Assembly: GCA_973895155.1 (NCBI GenBank)
Contig: OZ316891.1
Coordinates: forward strand, 6,295,708 to 6,359,707
Reading direction: 5' to 3'
DNA: 64,000 nt
Source: Marsupella aquatica
Lineage: Eukaryota; Plantae; Marchantiophyta
In this document: piece after piece, positions 25,564 through 37,600 of the stretch
How the letters are laid out: every line of letters begins with the position of its first letter
Numbering within the stretch: the stretch's first letter is position 1
The notes under the pieces: model-generated
What the model saw: only the letters and a program-made list of their open reading frames with translations
The model's database searches: none
What the model was told of the DNA's origin: nothing
Translations under genes and position numbers: made by a program

Positions 25564-28500
25564 ATGACGGAGGCCGAGACAAGTCCAGGGGAAATGCGCC
25601 CTTTGCGTGACTACTATCACTACCAAATGTCACCTTCCCCGCTCTCTTCCCCGGTTCCGGATCTGTCTCCGGACCTGAGCAAAGTTGTCAACAAGGACGA
25701 CATCCAGCTGGGGAGGTCGATGTCCTGCAACACGGCATTGTCGTCGTGTCCCTCGGTGTTGGCGGCTTCCATCGTCGATGCCATCATCGGCAGCACTCCG
25801 GCGGACTGCTCAGCAACGCTCACATTTCAGAATCTGAGGGTGTCAGTGGAGCTCGGAGGGGTTATGAGGACCGTTCTGGATGGCGTCTCCGGCTATGCTG
25901 AACCCGGCAAATTGCTGGGCATCATTGGCCCTCCTCGATCGGGGACGTCCACTTTGCTCGACACTCTGGCAGGTAAGCACTTCCAGTGAAGCTTATAGCT
26001 CGCTACTTGTTTTTCTCAATTGAGACGAGTCATGAAAGATTTCGATATCAAATAGTCTACAATAGCTCAAACAACAAGATCCCAATCACATTCAGTGGTT
26101 GCTTGCCTGTCTGAGCAGCATATCGCGTGCGATAGATATTGCAGTCCACTGAGATACAGCGTATATGAGAGGATACGAGGGGTTGTTAGTTTCAATTGCT
26201 ACCTATCAGATATCCAGTTCTATTTGTCTCGTTGTTCTTTCAACGGAACCCAACAAGAGATCCTGAGCAGATGAGACTTCTCCTTGCATGATATTATTTT
26301 TTGCATATATACAACCTGGTCTCAAATTCAGCTGCGTTGCTCTCGAAAGTCACTATACCACCGTCTAGACGAATTGGCAATTCCGTTTACATACACTGCA
26401 AGAGAAGTCTATACTTAAAAGTCGATCATGAAAGTTTGACATTTATTTGCTGGAACGGCAGGAAAGCTCACGAGGAATGCAATCTACGAGGGAGAAATCC
26501 TCATCAACGGGAGACGGCAGCAGCTCACCTATGGGACCGCTGTACGTCCCCTCTAAATTTGAATCATCCTAAAAATTCTGCCGTTACCTTTGAGCTGCCC
26601 ATAAATCATCTATTCAGTTGATTCTCTTGGTTTTGCTTTCAGTTACTAAGAAGGAGGTTCCATTTGCTTAACTCAATTTATTTGCAGATAGAACGTCGAA
26701 TTTTAGGCTTTTGGTGTAAGTTCAGAGCTACACATGTTGATTATCCAGACATGTGTGTGGTGGACAGGCACACGTTTCAAATGAAGATGTGCTAATCGAA
26801 ACACTCACAGTGCAAGAAACAGTCTACCTGTCTGCTCTTCTACGGCTTCCTGTGAGTATTCCCTACAAAGAGAAGATCATGGTAGCAGAAAGGACCATCC
26901 AGGATATGGGGCTCTGGGAGTGCGCATCTGTGCGTGTCGGGAGCTCTTTCTACCAAAGTGGGCTTACCTACGGTGAAAAGAGGAGACTCAGCATAGCTCT
27001 AGAGCTCCTCACTCGACCTCATCTTGTGTACTTGGACGAGCCCCTCACTGGTCTTGACAGGTATGTGCCGATCTGTCGACTGGTAGCTTGGCGAACTGAA
27101 TCAAGCTAGCTCTCAGTCATTCAGTTTGATGAATCGAGCTAGCTCCCAGTCATTCAGTTTGATAAATCGCTAAAGGATCCATGCCGCTAGCCATATTAGC
27201 ATACTTTCATTAGCTCTTTGCCAATTAAAATTGAGGTATTAACAGTGCAGGTTCCGTAATTGCGAGGCAGAAACCTCAGATACATTAGCTGAACTTGTCA
27301 GCTCTACACATTACCTCAAAGACTGTTGTTGTGAACATTTCTCGACGTGTCTTCTTCTCGTTAGCTAGAGTAACGAGTTCTTAAGTTAATTAGTTCGATC
27401 GCTTGCTTCCTTGTGCAGTCCGAGTGCACTCTGCCTCATGGCAAGATTGAAGTGTTTGGCAATGGATTGGGGGAGGACGATCATCGGGACCTTCCATCAC
27501 GCGAGTGCTGATTCTTTTGAGCTTATCGACAACCTTTGTTTACTGGTGAGGGGCAGGATGGTCTACTTCGGAGAAGCTTCGTCTGCTGCTGAGGTTGGTC
27601 CACTCACACTGACTCCAGCCTGCGAACCCCACAGCCGAATTTGTCCCATTGAAACCTCTGAAGGAATGAATGCTGGACTTATAGGGTCATTAGCAATTCA
27701 TGCGGAAATTAATAGTTTAGCTACAAGAGCCTAAATGTTTTAGCTTAGGACACCGCAGAAACTGTCTAATCGTAAATGTCGTTGAGTGCTGCAGTGATTG
27801 ATCGTCCCGTTAACACCAAATTCTGCAGCTTCTGGTACTGTTTCTGTTAACCAAATATCCTCAGCAGGCCTGCGTCTGGAGTCAGTACGCCCAAACTGAA
27901 CCATTGAGAAGAAAAGTGTAGCCCGGACGATTACGCCTAAACTGAACCATTGAGAAGAGAAGTGTAGCCCGGACGAGTCTAGAGCAGGACCGAGAGCACA
28001 TGTAGACTACTCGTTACGCCTCGTCGATCATGAATCCGCACATATATAGGGGTCTGATATAGCAAGCGAGTCAGACATTCTTCATTGGGGAGTATCCGTT
28101 AAATCATCTGTCAGATTTTAATATAATACTCATTTCGAATGTACAAGTTCAATCGTGGGAGAAATATTAATGTTATATTTGTGCTTGTGTTGCAGCACTT
28201 TGCAAGGTCAGGGTACTCATGCTTGCCAGGATACAACCTTCCAGAGTACCTCATGCGCACTCTGGACCCTGCATACGACCAAGTGATAGGATCTGTTTCT
28301 TCTACAGCGTCAGCGTTTCTTCTGGTAGGAATCATCTTGGATTTTAAGCTGACGCTTGATTACTGAATCCTTTGTAAAAGGATGTGGAATATAGTTGAGA
28401 TGGAGATCGCGTAGACCGCCAATAGAGATTGCTAATTTTTCGGTAAGGTCTCAATCGAAAATTTCGAGACGTACAGTAACGGCTCATTCGATGAAAGCAG

Positions 28501-31500
28501 GAAGATCCCGGGAAGAGGGACATGAAGCAGCTGTTGAGAGAGCACACGGCCCAAGTTGTGAGGTCGCTTACATCTAGCTATGCCAATTCCTCATTGGCGG
28601 CTATGGCTGCCACACGGCGCACGGAGATAGCGAAGAAGGTAACGGGAACGGTACCTCAGTCCGACTACAAATTAATCAGCTCAACATCCTATGACCATTG
28701 TTTGCATTTGGAGCATAATATGTGCCATGCCATACATTCAAGTGACTTAAGTCCAAATTCCGGCTAAAAGGAACTTGGGAGTTGAATTGAGTGCCCTTGT
28801 ATTGACTGTAGCGTGAATGATTGCAGAAGGGTGCAGTCTTAGTGTTCAACGGGCGACACGCAAGCTTCAAGCTTCAGGTTGCCATCCTGTCCTATCGATC
28901 CATTCTAAACTGCACCAGGGATTTGAGCTACTTCTGGTGCCGGCTGGGAGTGTCCATGCTACTCATGATCTTCGTGGGAAGCATATTCACACATCTGGGC
29001 AATGTCGATCAATCCTTTGACTCCATTCAGGTACAAACTCCATTGCTCAATGCATCGAATTTTTCAGTACCTCAGCTGCACGTATACAAGCTTTCACCTT
29101 ATGGAATAAACTTTCACCTCAGATTGAATAAATCACCGCTCGAAATCCCAGATCTTTTAAAAACTGGGCGCTTTTTCAGACTTCAGTATTGTTGTTGTCA
29201 ATAGATTGACTCGGACATGAATGTGCATCTGCAGGCACGATTCTCCTGTATATTCGTGATACTGGAATCTATGATGCTCATCGCTGTCATCGGAGGAACG
29301 TCGTTCTACTTCCGTGAGCTCAGAGTAAGCTATGTTTGTCGATCGGTTCTTCGCGCAGTAGTCCATATGGTTAAATTGCTAATTTGCTTTCTTAAATTCG
29401 AACGTGGATTATTGACATTGAAAGACCATGTGACTGGATTTTTTTGTGTTGTCGTTGATTTTCAGGTTTACTTGAAGGACAGGCGGAACCCGCACTATGG
29501 ACCAGGGGCCTTCGTCGTTGGGAGCACAGCGGCGGCGGTGCCATTCGCGTGGGTGACAAGCGCAGTGACAGCATGCGTCGTGTACTTCATGCCGGGCCTG
29601 CACACTGGCTTCGAGCAATTTACCTATTTCGCGGCATTGCTCATGCCCGCTGCCCTCCTCGCCGCTGACGGCCTCGCTCAGCTCGCCATCGCCGCGCTCT
29701 TGCTCCTTCCCCCGCCTATGCCGACACCTTCTGCCTACGCCGCCCTGGCCCTCGCAATAGTCATCCAGGTATTGCACTGTAGTCCATGCCAAAACTCATT
29801 GTTTCAATTCGTGAACTACCGCTACTCTTAGTGATCGAATGATAGAATGATCGAGCAAAGCATGCACGTTTGCCCCGAATTGTGATTGTTCCAGACCATT
29901 CTTCCAGAACTCGCACGATTGCTTCAGCTTAGTGTGAATCTACCTGGCTCCTAGATCATGAGCAGCTGCGTGATGTTGTGACCCAAAGAAACGCTATTTT
30001 CAGGCGGCGTGAATTCATCTGTCAGTGAAATCAATCCATTTCATGACGTGAAAGCCCCTTCTTACCTACGGACCTTCTACTCATCACCTCGTCCATTTTC
30101 CAACGTCCTGCGATTTCTGAATCGAGATGATGGAACGCCTAAGCCACCAAAAAGGTCACCTGAAGGAGAAAGAAAGGAAATCCCTTCTCCGGCCCGTTGC
30201 TGCTTTGATCGCTTGAACTCGTTCTTTGGAGAGCTCAACGCGACATCTCGGACATGAAATTGATGAATTGCATCAATAGAATAGTATCACAGGTATGAAA
30301 GTTTAAACAATTGCATGAAATGGCGTACTCTTTGCATTTTTCGTGGATCAATTCATACGTTGGATCCTCTTTTGACACATTTTCCTGCGAGTTTCTTTTT
30401 TTTCTTTCTAGATTGAAGAAAAGGAGTACGCAATGCTGAGAGTGAGAATTCATCTCGCCACAGCCCAAACAATTGCCACAGTCTGCGAAATTAAAGAAGC
30501 GAACGAGAACCCAATCCATTCATTTCTCTTCCATAGCCGAAATTGAAGAAGCGAACGAGAACCCAACCTATTCATTTCTCTTCCATAGCATTTACGATCA
30601 ACGAGAGATGGTGATCAGACTGCACTACTGTTACTCGTGGAAATCCATCCCGTGCAGTGGGTACGTGAATGCTCGATGCGTCCGAGTCAGGTGGTCCGAA
30701 GCCGGGGGGGTACGGGACCGTTATTCGACAAACCCACGAGATCCGTTTCGCGGGAATGTACGAGTACAGAACCGTAGAACCCGAGGCGTTTGGAATGTTT
30801 TGGTACCCCTTGCCCTCACGTCGCAGCGTGATTTTAGGGTGACGGGGCTTAAATTAATGCCGACATTGTGATTCTTACCTTTTTTTCCTTCCTCGTGCGT
30901 GGTACACGGGCAACGGGCAGATGCTTTAGTTTCGGTCGTATTCTTTTTTCTTCCGCATGCCCGAATACGAGTGGTATTTGGGCAACGGGCAACTGTTTGA
31001 TTCGGTCGTATTATTTGCTTTTCTTCCCCGTGCCCGAAATGGGTGGAATTTTGGCAACGGGAAGCTGCTTTGATTTCGGTCGAATTCTTCTTTCTTCCCC
31101 GGGCCCGAATACCAGGGGTAAACGGGCAAGGGGCAGCAATACGAGTCGTCCCGGGTTCACAAGGTGGAAATTAAATCCCGAATTGTGCAAAACTTCTACT
31201 GGTATATGATCGTGTTCTTTTTTCTTTCCCGGGCAAGAATACGATTGGTATTCGGGCAGCGGGCAGCTGTTCCGTTTCGAATCGTGCTCTTCCCGGGGCA
31301 GCAATACGAGTGGTATTCGGGCCGACCGGGCAGCTACTTTGGTTTCGAGCTGACCGGGCATAACCTACCCGAATTGCAAATTGCTATTCTCGTCCAAAAC
31401 TTGTACTGGTTTACGGTCGTATTCTTTTTCCGCCCCCGGGCATGAAAACGGTGGTGTTCGGGCAGCGGGCAGCTGCTTCGGTTTCGGGCTGACCGGGCGT

Positions 31501-33518
31501 AAATTACAGCCCAAATTGCAAAACTTGTGATAGTGTAAGGTCGTATTTGTGTTTTGTCCCCGGGCAAGACTACGAAGGTGGTCGGGCACCGGGCAGCTGG
31601 TTTGGTGCTGAGCCCACCTGGGACGACGGTTCTGTACTGATGTACGGCTGTTATTAGTGTCCGTGAAAGCGACGTGTCGCCGGGCAGCTGCGTGAATTCA
31701 GACAGAGGACTTTTCTCGAGTCTGTCTTGGGGACATTCTCCGGGCAGCTGCGTGAATTCAGACAGAGGACTTTTCTCGAGTCTGTCTTGGGGACATTCTC
31801 CGGGCAGCGGCGTGAATTCCCTCGAACCCACAAGTCCCCATAATGATGACTCCAGACAGCCACATAGAGTACAATTGTGTTATACGAAAGAGCACATAGG
31901 ATTTTGGGGAGTTTTTGGATACCATTACATCTCAATTGCACACAATAGGATCTAGCATTGATGTAAATGTCACCTACATCTCCGTTCCACAAAAACCAAC
32001 TGGATCTAAAAATAGTGCATCTACTGCACCTAAATTTTTGCACGAACTCAACAAAGAACGTGGTTAGTGTATGAGATAATATATGGCTTATGATGTGAAA
32101 GGAGAGGAAGAGCCTTCAGAGTAGGCCTAGTGTTCAGTAGGTTAGGGACAGGGCCCCTTTTGCAGTTGCAGCTGTGATTCAAGGACTTTATTTCTGCTAC
32201 CGGGAAATGATGGGAAGGAATTAGGAATTAGGAAAGAGGAGAGAGTAGAGAGTACAAAGAGAAAGATCCTCTTTGACAAAGGAGAGGAGGGCTCGAACAA
32301 GCAGCTGCGAGAATCCCATTTTAAGTGCTCGAAACTACTAGAATCCCTTCAAACCACTTCAAGATGTTCTTATTATGCATGGGCTCCCTGATTCCTCGTT
32401 GAGAACTCTCCCTCTGCAGCTGCCTGAATTATACGATTCTGTTAAGTTCTAGTGTCTTTTATCTCTCTTCCTCCTCTTTTCTGAGAAGGACTGACTCCCA
32501 AACGAATCATAGAAATAGAGAACAATCACATTTCCACAGAATCCCCTTCTTTCCCAACCCCATCATCCGTGGATCTCTTGTACTTGATTCGGCACTCTGC
32601 TTGATCAAATGTGTTTGATCTTCCAGCATTGCCTATGACAGGATCAAGAACCAAATATCTGTTGGCTTTTGTACGGTGATTTGCAGCAATGGTGTCCCTT
32701 TTGGTGTGGTCCTTACAGAGTCGAACAAGACGCCTATTTCCCCTTTTCCCGCTCAGAGCTGGAAGTCTGATGTTGCTGAATGAATGAATGCAGGTGGCTT
32801 GCATGTTGGTGGCGGGATTCTTCAGGCTGCTCGAAGATCTTCCCAAACCTGTTTGGAGATATCCATTCTCATATGTGTCATTCCACACCTATGCTCTTCG
32901 GGTAACCATCGATCACTCCTAAGCTTTGACTTCTGGAATAATTTCATTTCACAGATGTGGTCACTTAACTTGCATGTACAGAATCACAACAATCAGAAAA
33001 GAGAGGAAAAACTCATCCACAATCTGGTAGAATATAAACTGCATTGATTCGCAGTTTGTGGGACACCCTCTGGTCCAATGCAGGATCTCCGATCTGAATG
33101 TGTGTGCACTTATTTGACGCAGGGTCTGACTGTAAATGAATTTGTGACGGCTAGGGAGCCAAGCACTTTGCTGCACATTGAAAGTAATGTGATTCAACAT
33201 CTCTACGGTACAGAGCACCCATCAAAGTGGAGAGACCTCCTTGTAGTGATAGGTGTCGCACTCGCCTGCAGGTTCCTGCTCTATTTTTTTCTTGTGGCGC
33301 ACGACCACCTCCAACCTTATTTTAGATTGTGGCAGATTCAGCACGAAAACAAAACAATCAGCAATAGAAACGTGGTGGAACAAACTCGGAGGCTTAGTAA
33401 GTCCCTCACCCCACCACATCGATCCGTGGTCAGCTCCACAGCCTCAGAGGAGTTTGAGATGAGGCTGAAAAGATCAAAGGACATTAATGAGTTGGCAATT
33501 GTAGCAGTACAAGTATGA
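25564..33518 (+). CDS. ABC transporter G family half-transporter with degenerate nucleotide-binding domain (ABCG11/ABCG3-related), about 760 aa
   Basis: Exons 25564-25972, 26462-26541, 26768-27060, 27419-27593, 28196-28282 (3' boundary less certain), 28501-28638, 28827-29030, 29235-29324, 29466-29768, 32794-32901, 33123-33518 (TGA); 2283 nt, in frame, all GT-AG. Contains [97 protein letters not shown] and SKWRDL. Confidence 0.88.
30763..31638. mobile_element. Non-autonomous TIR DNA element (MITE-like, possibly hAT) in the 3-kb intron (29769-32793) of the second ABCG gene
   Basis: Perfect 13-bp inverted termini AGTACAGAACCGT (30763-30775) and ACGGTTCTGTACT (31626-31638). Flanking 8-bp direct repeat with one mismatch: AATGTACG (30755-30762) and GATGTACG (31639-31646). 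The interior is built from ~70-bp degenerate repeats rich in CGGGCA. Confidence 0.65.
31681..31819 (+). repeat. 60-bp perfect tandem repeat, 2.3 copies
   Basis: CGGGCAGCTGCGTGAATTCAGACAGAGGACTTTTCTCGAGTCTGTCTTGGGGACATTCTC starts at 31681 and 31741; a partial copy starts at 31801. Confidence 0.95.
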
Positions 33519-34620
33519 AATTAGGAACTAAACGTGTGGCAGGTAAATGCTTTAAATTTTGTCAGGCTAACTTGTAAGTAAAGAGTAGATGAGAATTATG
33601 CGTTCCGGTGGTGGCTTACTCTGTGTATGTTGACTGGGTTCCCACCATTCTACGTTCTTGCTGAACATATGAGTGTGGACGGAACTCCTTGTACATCCTC
33701 CTGTGGTGAAAGCATCATGCGACAAAACACAACGCAGGATGTGCCTAATCAGGGTTTCATATTGTCCAGACCTACTGGGTGAGACAGTTTAGTCCAAAAA
33801 CGCAGCATGAAGACACTCCCCAGCCCTCGCCTCACTATTCGTTTGCCTGGACTCCACAGTTTCTCGCCTTCGGCAGTCATGTGACCTCCCGTCTATTGCC
33901 GTGTAACCTCCCATCCATTGCCATTTCGGAGGAATCTGTGGAATTCACCAACACTTCATTCACTTCTTCTGTAGATCCAAATGGTGCCTCTCATCCATAG
34001 CTACTAAGCCCTCCCTCCAACTGTACGGAGTACATTACTTGTCCTTCAGATTATTTCAATCCTAACGATCCCCTAATCGGACATGACAAACAACCCATGA
34101 AAAGCGAAACGCGAAGAATGGAGAATCCTACGGGTGACCTATAAAATTCATATCTGCGACACTGAGCTACTTTCGATCTGTTCCTAACGCAACCATTGGA
34201 TCTTGTAATAAACAATGGTGATTACCATTCTCTGCAAGACTACTATAGTGATTGTCCAAAATCAAGCAGTCTAATGAAGTCCTACATCCCATTGTAGGCA
34301 CCGAAGGCACGTATAAATTCTGAGATTGATTATTCATTCCCCTTCAAATTGTGAGTAAATCCACAGCACCTCACGAGAAGGTGGAAGTTATTGGCCATTG
34401 ACCTTACACAGGGAGAAATTTTCGTACCCCACATACTCCCAATGCGCAATGTTTGCGTTTATCAAACTAGTTCCGGAAAAAACTCTCTTTAGGGTAGCCT
34501 TAACGTAGACAAAAAACCTTCCCAACAAAGTGCCTTTCATATCAGGCACTTCCAGTACAGCCCATTGGCGTGAAGGATCTCTAAAGTTTTTCTACAAACA
34601 CCCGATATGGGTCCTGCGAT

Positions 34621-37600
34621 CTATGAAGCAGCGGCTGCTGCCTCTTCTTTTGTTGGCAAACTTTGCACAAAGTCTGCAAGCTCCACAATGGTCGTTTCAT
34701 CTCCATCACGAGCTGCCACTAATACAGTGTGGACGATGCCTACGAAGAGACCTGCCCAACATACACGTCATGGAAGTTTGTTAGAATAATGCCACGAAGA
34801 GACCTGCCCAACAAGCATGTGCATCAGATGTTTGCTTGTTCATCTTACAAGCAAAGTCCAACGACTCACCATTTTCGACTACTCCAGGAATATTGTTGAT
34901 TTCCCGTTCAAGAGCTGCTGCATCCTTGATACCGTTGGGGAATCTGCGAAATCGTCCAATTTCAACAATCAGAACTATTCTTCCTGGGAGATGAAGTTAG
35001 AAAGGTAGATAAACACTACGTGAGTTTGTTCGCAGTAGAATTCAACGCTGACCTCACATCTACCACCATGTTACCCAGGTCAGTGATGACAGGTCCGTCT
35101 TTCCTCAAAGCACTCCTTATTTCTGGCTCTGCAGGTACACACGTCAACAGAAAGATTCAGGATTGTTTGCCTGGAACTGTGGTCATAAACGTAACAGAGT
35201 CTGAAGTCCACTAAGACTACTAAAGTCCACAACTGAAAGCTTCAAAAACCTGAAGATTCCAATACTTCGTACCTCCACCAATGGCCACTAGAGATCGCAA
35301 CACTGGAGAAATGGCAGGAGGAAGAACCTCCACCTGGATATAGGCGAGCCAGCAGTTAGCAAGGACAATGTCATTGAATCAAAACATTGTAAAGACACAT
35401 TTTCACAGTTAAGGAATCACATCTGAGAATGTTGCACAGACCGACCAATGATTCGAACTCTACTTAGACATGGAGGTCTCGAAGGAGTTAAAACATTAAG
35501 ATGAATGAGCCTAGATACATGTGCTCTAATGCGCTGGATCTAAAATATCAAATTGCTTCGTTGATTGTGTACATAACACACGGAAACACATAATGAAGAG
35601 GAAGGATTGCACACCGGCACAGGGAAAGTTAGGCCCAACTCAGAGACTACTTTGGACTGGTCAACCAGAATTACGACCTTCTTGGCCATTGTATCCACCA
35701 CCTGGTCAGAGTTGGCAGATAGAAATCACTAAGAGTCATCACAGCTTTCCACCACCTCTTCTTGCTTAAATCATCTCACTGTAAGCTCATATGTTAGAGA
35801 CCTAAAAGTATTTGAGCTTGGATCAAGCACTTGTAAAAATACCTTTTCCAAAGTGTGGGCCGCACCACCTCCCTGCATATAACGAAAAAGACGCTTCATG
35901 AGAAGGGAAAAGAACTTCTCCACCAGTTGTACAAAACTTCTATCTTTTGCAAAGGAACATAATTACACAATTATTTCCCTTTTGGGGAGGACAAATCTTA
36001 TGAGTGATTCTGAACTTACCCAAGACCACAGCGGAAGCTAGCTGTCTTCACAATTCAATAAAGGTTCAAGTTCTACCTTGATAAGGTTCATGCTGCGATC
36101 AACCTCGTCTGCGCCATCGATTGCAATGTCAATGTGATTGACATCGTTCAAGTCCACCTGAGAAACGCAGTAATGGAAATTTAGTCGACCTACAATGATT
36201 CCATGAAATCCTGCAAAATACATTAACATTTCCGAATCATCCTATCAAAGGCAGTCAATTACTGTTTAACTGTGGTTTATGTTCGGTATCTAGTTTCAGT
36301 GTCTCCTGTTTGGAATTTAGAAGATGGGCTCCCGTCTAAGCTATTCCTGATTATCCTGGAAGGCACGATCATATCCTTCCTAGTTTTGTGTAGGATGGCC
36401 CAGTTTGAGTCCCTGTATACTGACTCGTAATTCAAATAGCCCAACCACAAAGTTCAAAAGACGGTTTCCTCAGAGACGGTGTGCCATTTCTGATGATAAT
36501 TAAGTTTCTCGAAATCTATCACTGAAAGCGCTATGTGCGATGGTGATTAAGGTTCCTGGAATATATCACTGAAAGAACCTCTGACCAACACTTCCAGAAC
36601 ATTTGCTCCCACCTGTCAACTCTCAGCATCATCAGCTCTCGTCCTGAAATTCGAACTGGATCAGGCCCACCAGTCTCACTTCTACACTTGGACTGTGCAC
36701 TTAGGAGAACTCTTCCTATTGATGGTTTTTTCCCGAGAATCCACCATTCCCAGGCTACACTTCGCGGCATTGCACTTTGAGACCATCAAAAAGTAGGAAG
36801 CCATTCGCAACAACGAACTCTACCGGTCTTAGATGTCACTTCATTTATAATCTAGGACCAGACCTAGCTTTTGCCATTACTCAGCCAGACCAAGCCCTCC
36901 AAAGTCGCCCTCAGAGACGACCCACTTTTAAACAATTCAAAACTTAATCCGCCACTGTCTATGATGAGAGGACCAAATATTCACTTATTATCGTAACCGG
37001 ACCTGAAGTAAACTGACAGACTGTCAATCTGACAGTCACCAAATAGAGCAAGCTTCAGCAAAGTAAAGAGAATTAAATAGAACTTCAAAATCAGAACTCA
37101 CTGTTTTCACGCCAAATTGACGAGCCAGCACGCGAGCTTGGTAGCTTGTCCCAACACCAACAACGTCTTTCAACTACAAAAACGTGGGAGAGGCACTCAT
37201 ATCAGATGAACGAACGACAATGCTCTCCGTCTTCTCAGCACACTTAAATCCGGAGTCAAGCGATCCTCAATACCTTTCCAGCTTGAATCAGTTTGCCAAG
37301 CTCCTCAATAGCCATTGAAGCGGTGCTACCAGTACCTAGCCCAACAACATTTCCCGGCTTCACCAATTCCACAGCCTTTTTTGCCACTGCTCGTTTCAGT
37401 GTGTCCTGCAGCTCCGGGTCCATAACTGCAGAGTTCAAGCATAACACCTAATAAGCCATAATTCGCAGACAAATCGACTAATCTCTGATTTTCGTACTGA
37501 ATATTCAATGCATCCACTATCCCTTGGACAATACTTGCATCAAAAATCCAAATTTTAAGTTCTCTTATGGGTGTGTGAAAGCAGGAGACCCAGTTCCCAT

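Noticed and set aside
30880-31830. Palindromic repeats resembling a CRISPR array
   Set aside because: Units are degenerate and contiguous with no unique spacers, there are no cas genes, and the context is a eukaryotic intron.
30473-32043. Several 100-165 aa ORFs on both strands
   Set aside because: They arise from GC-rich repeats inside an intron and show no recognisable domain.
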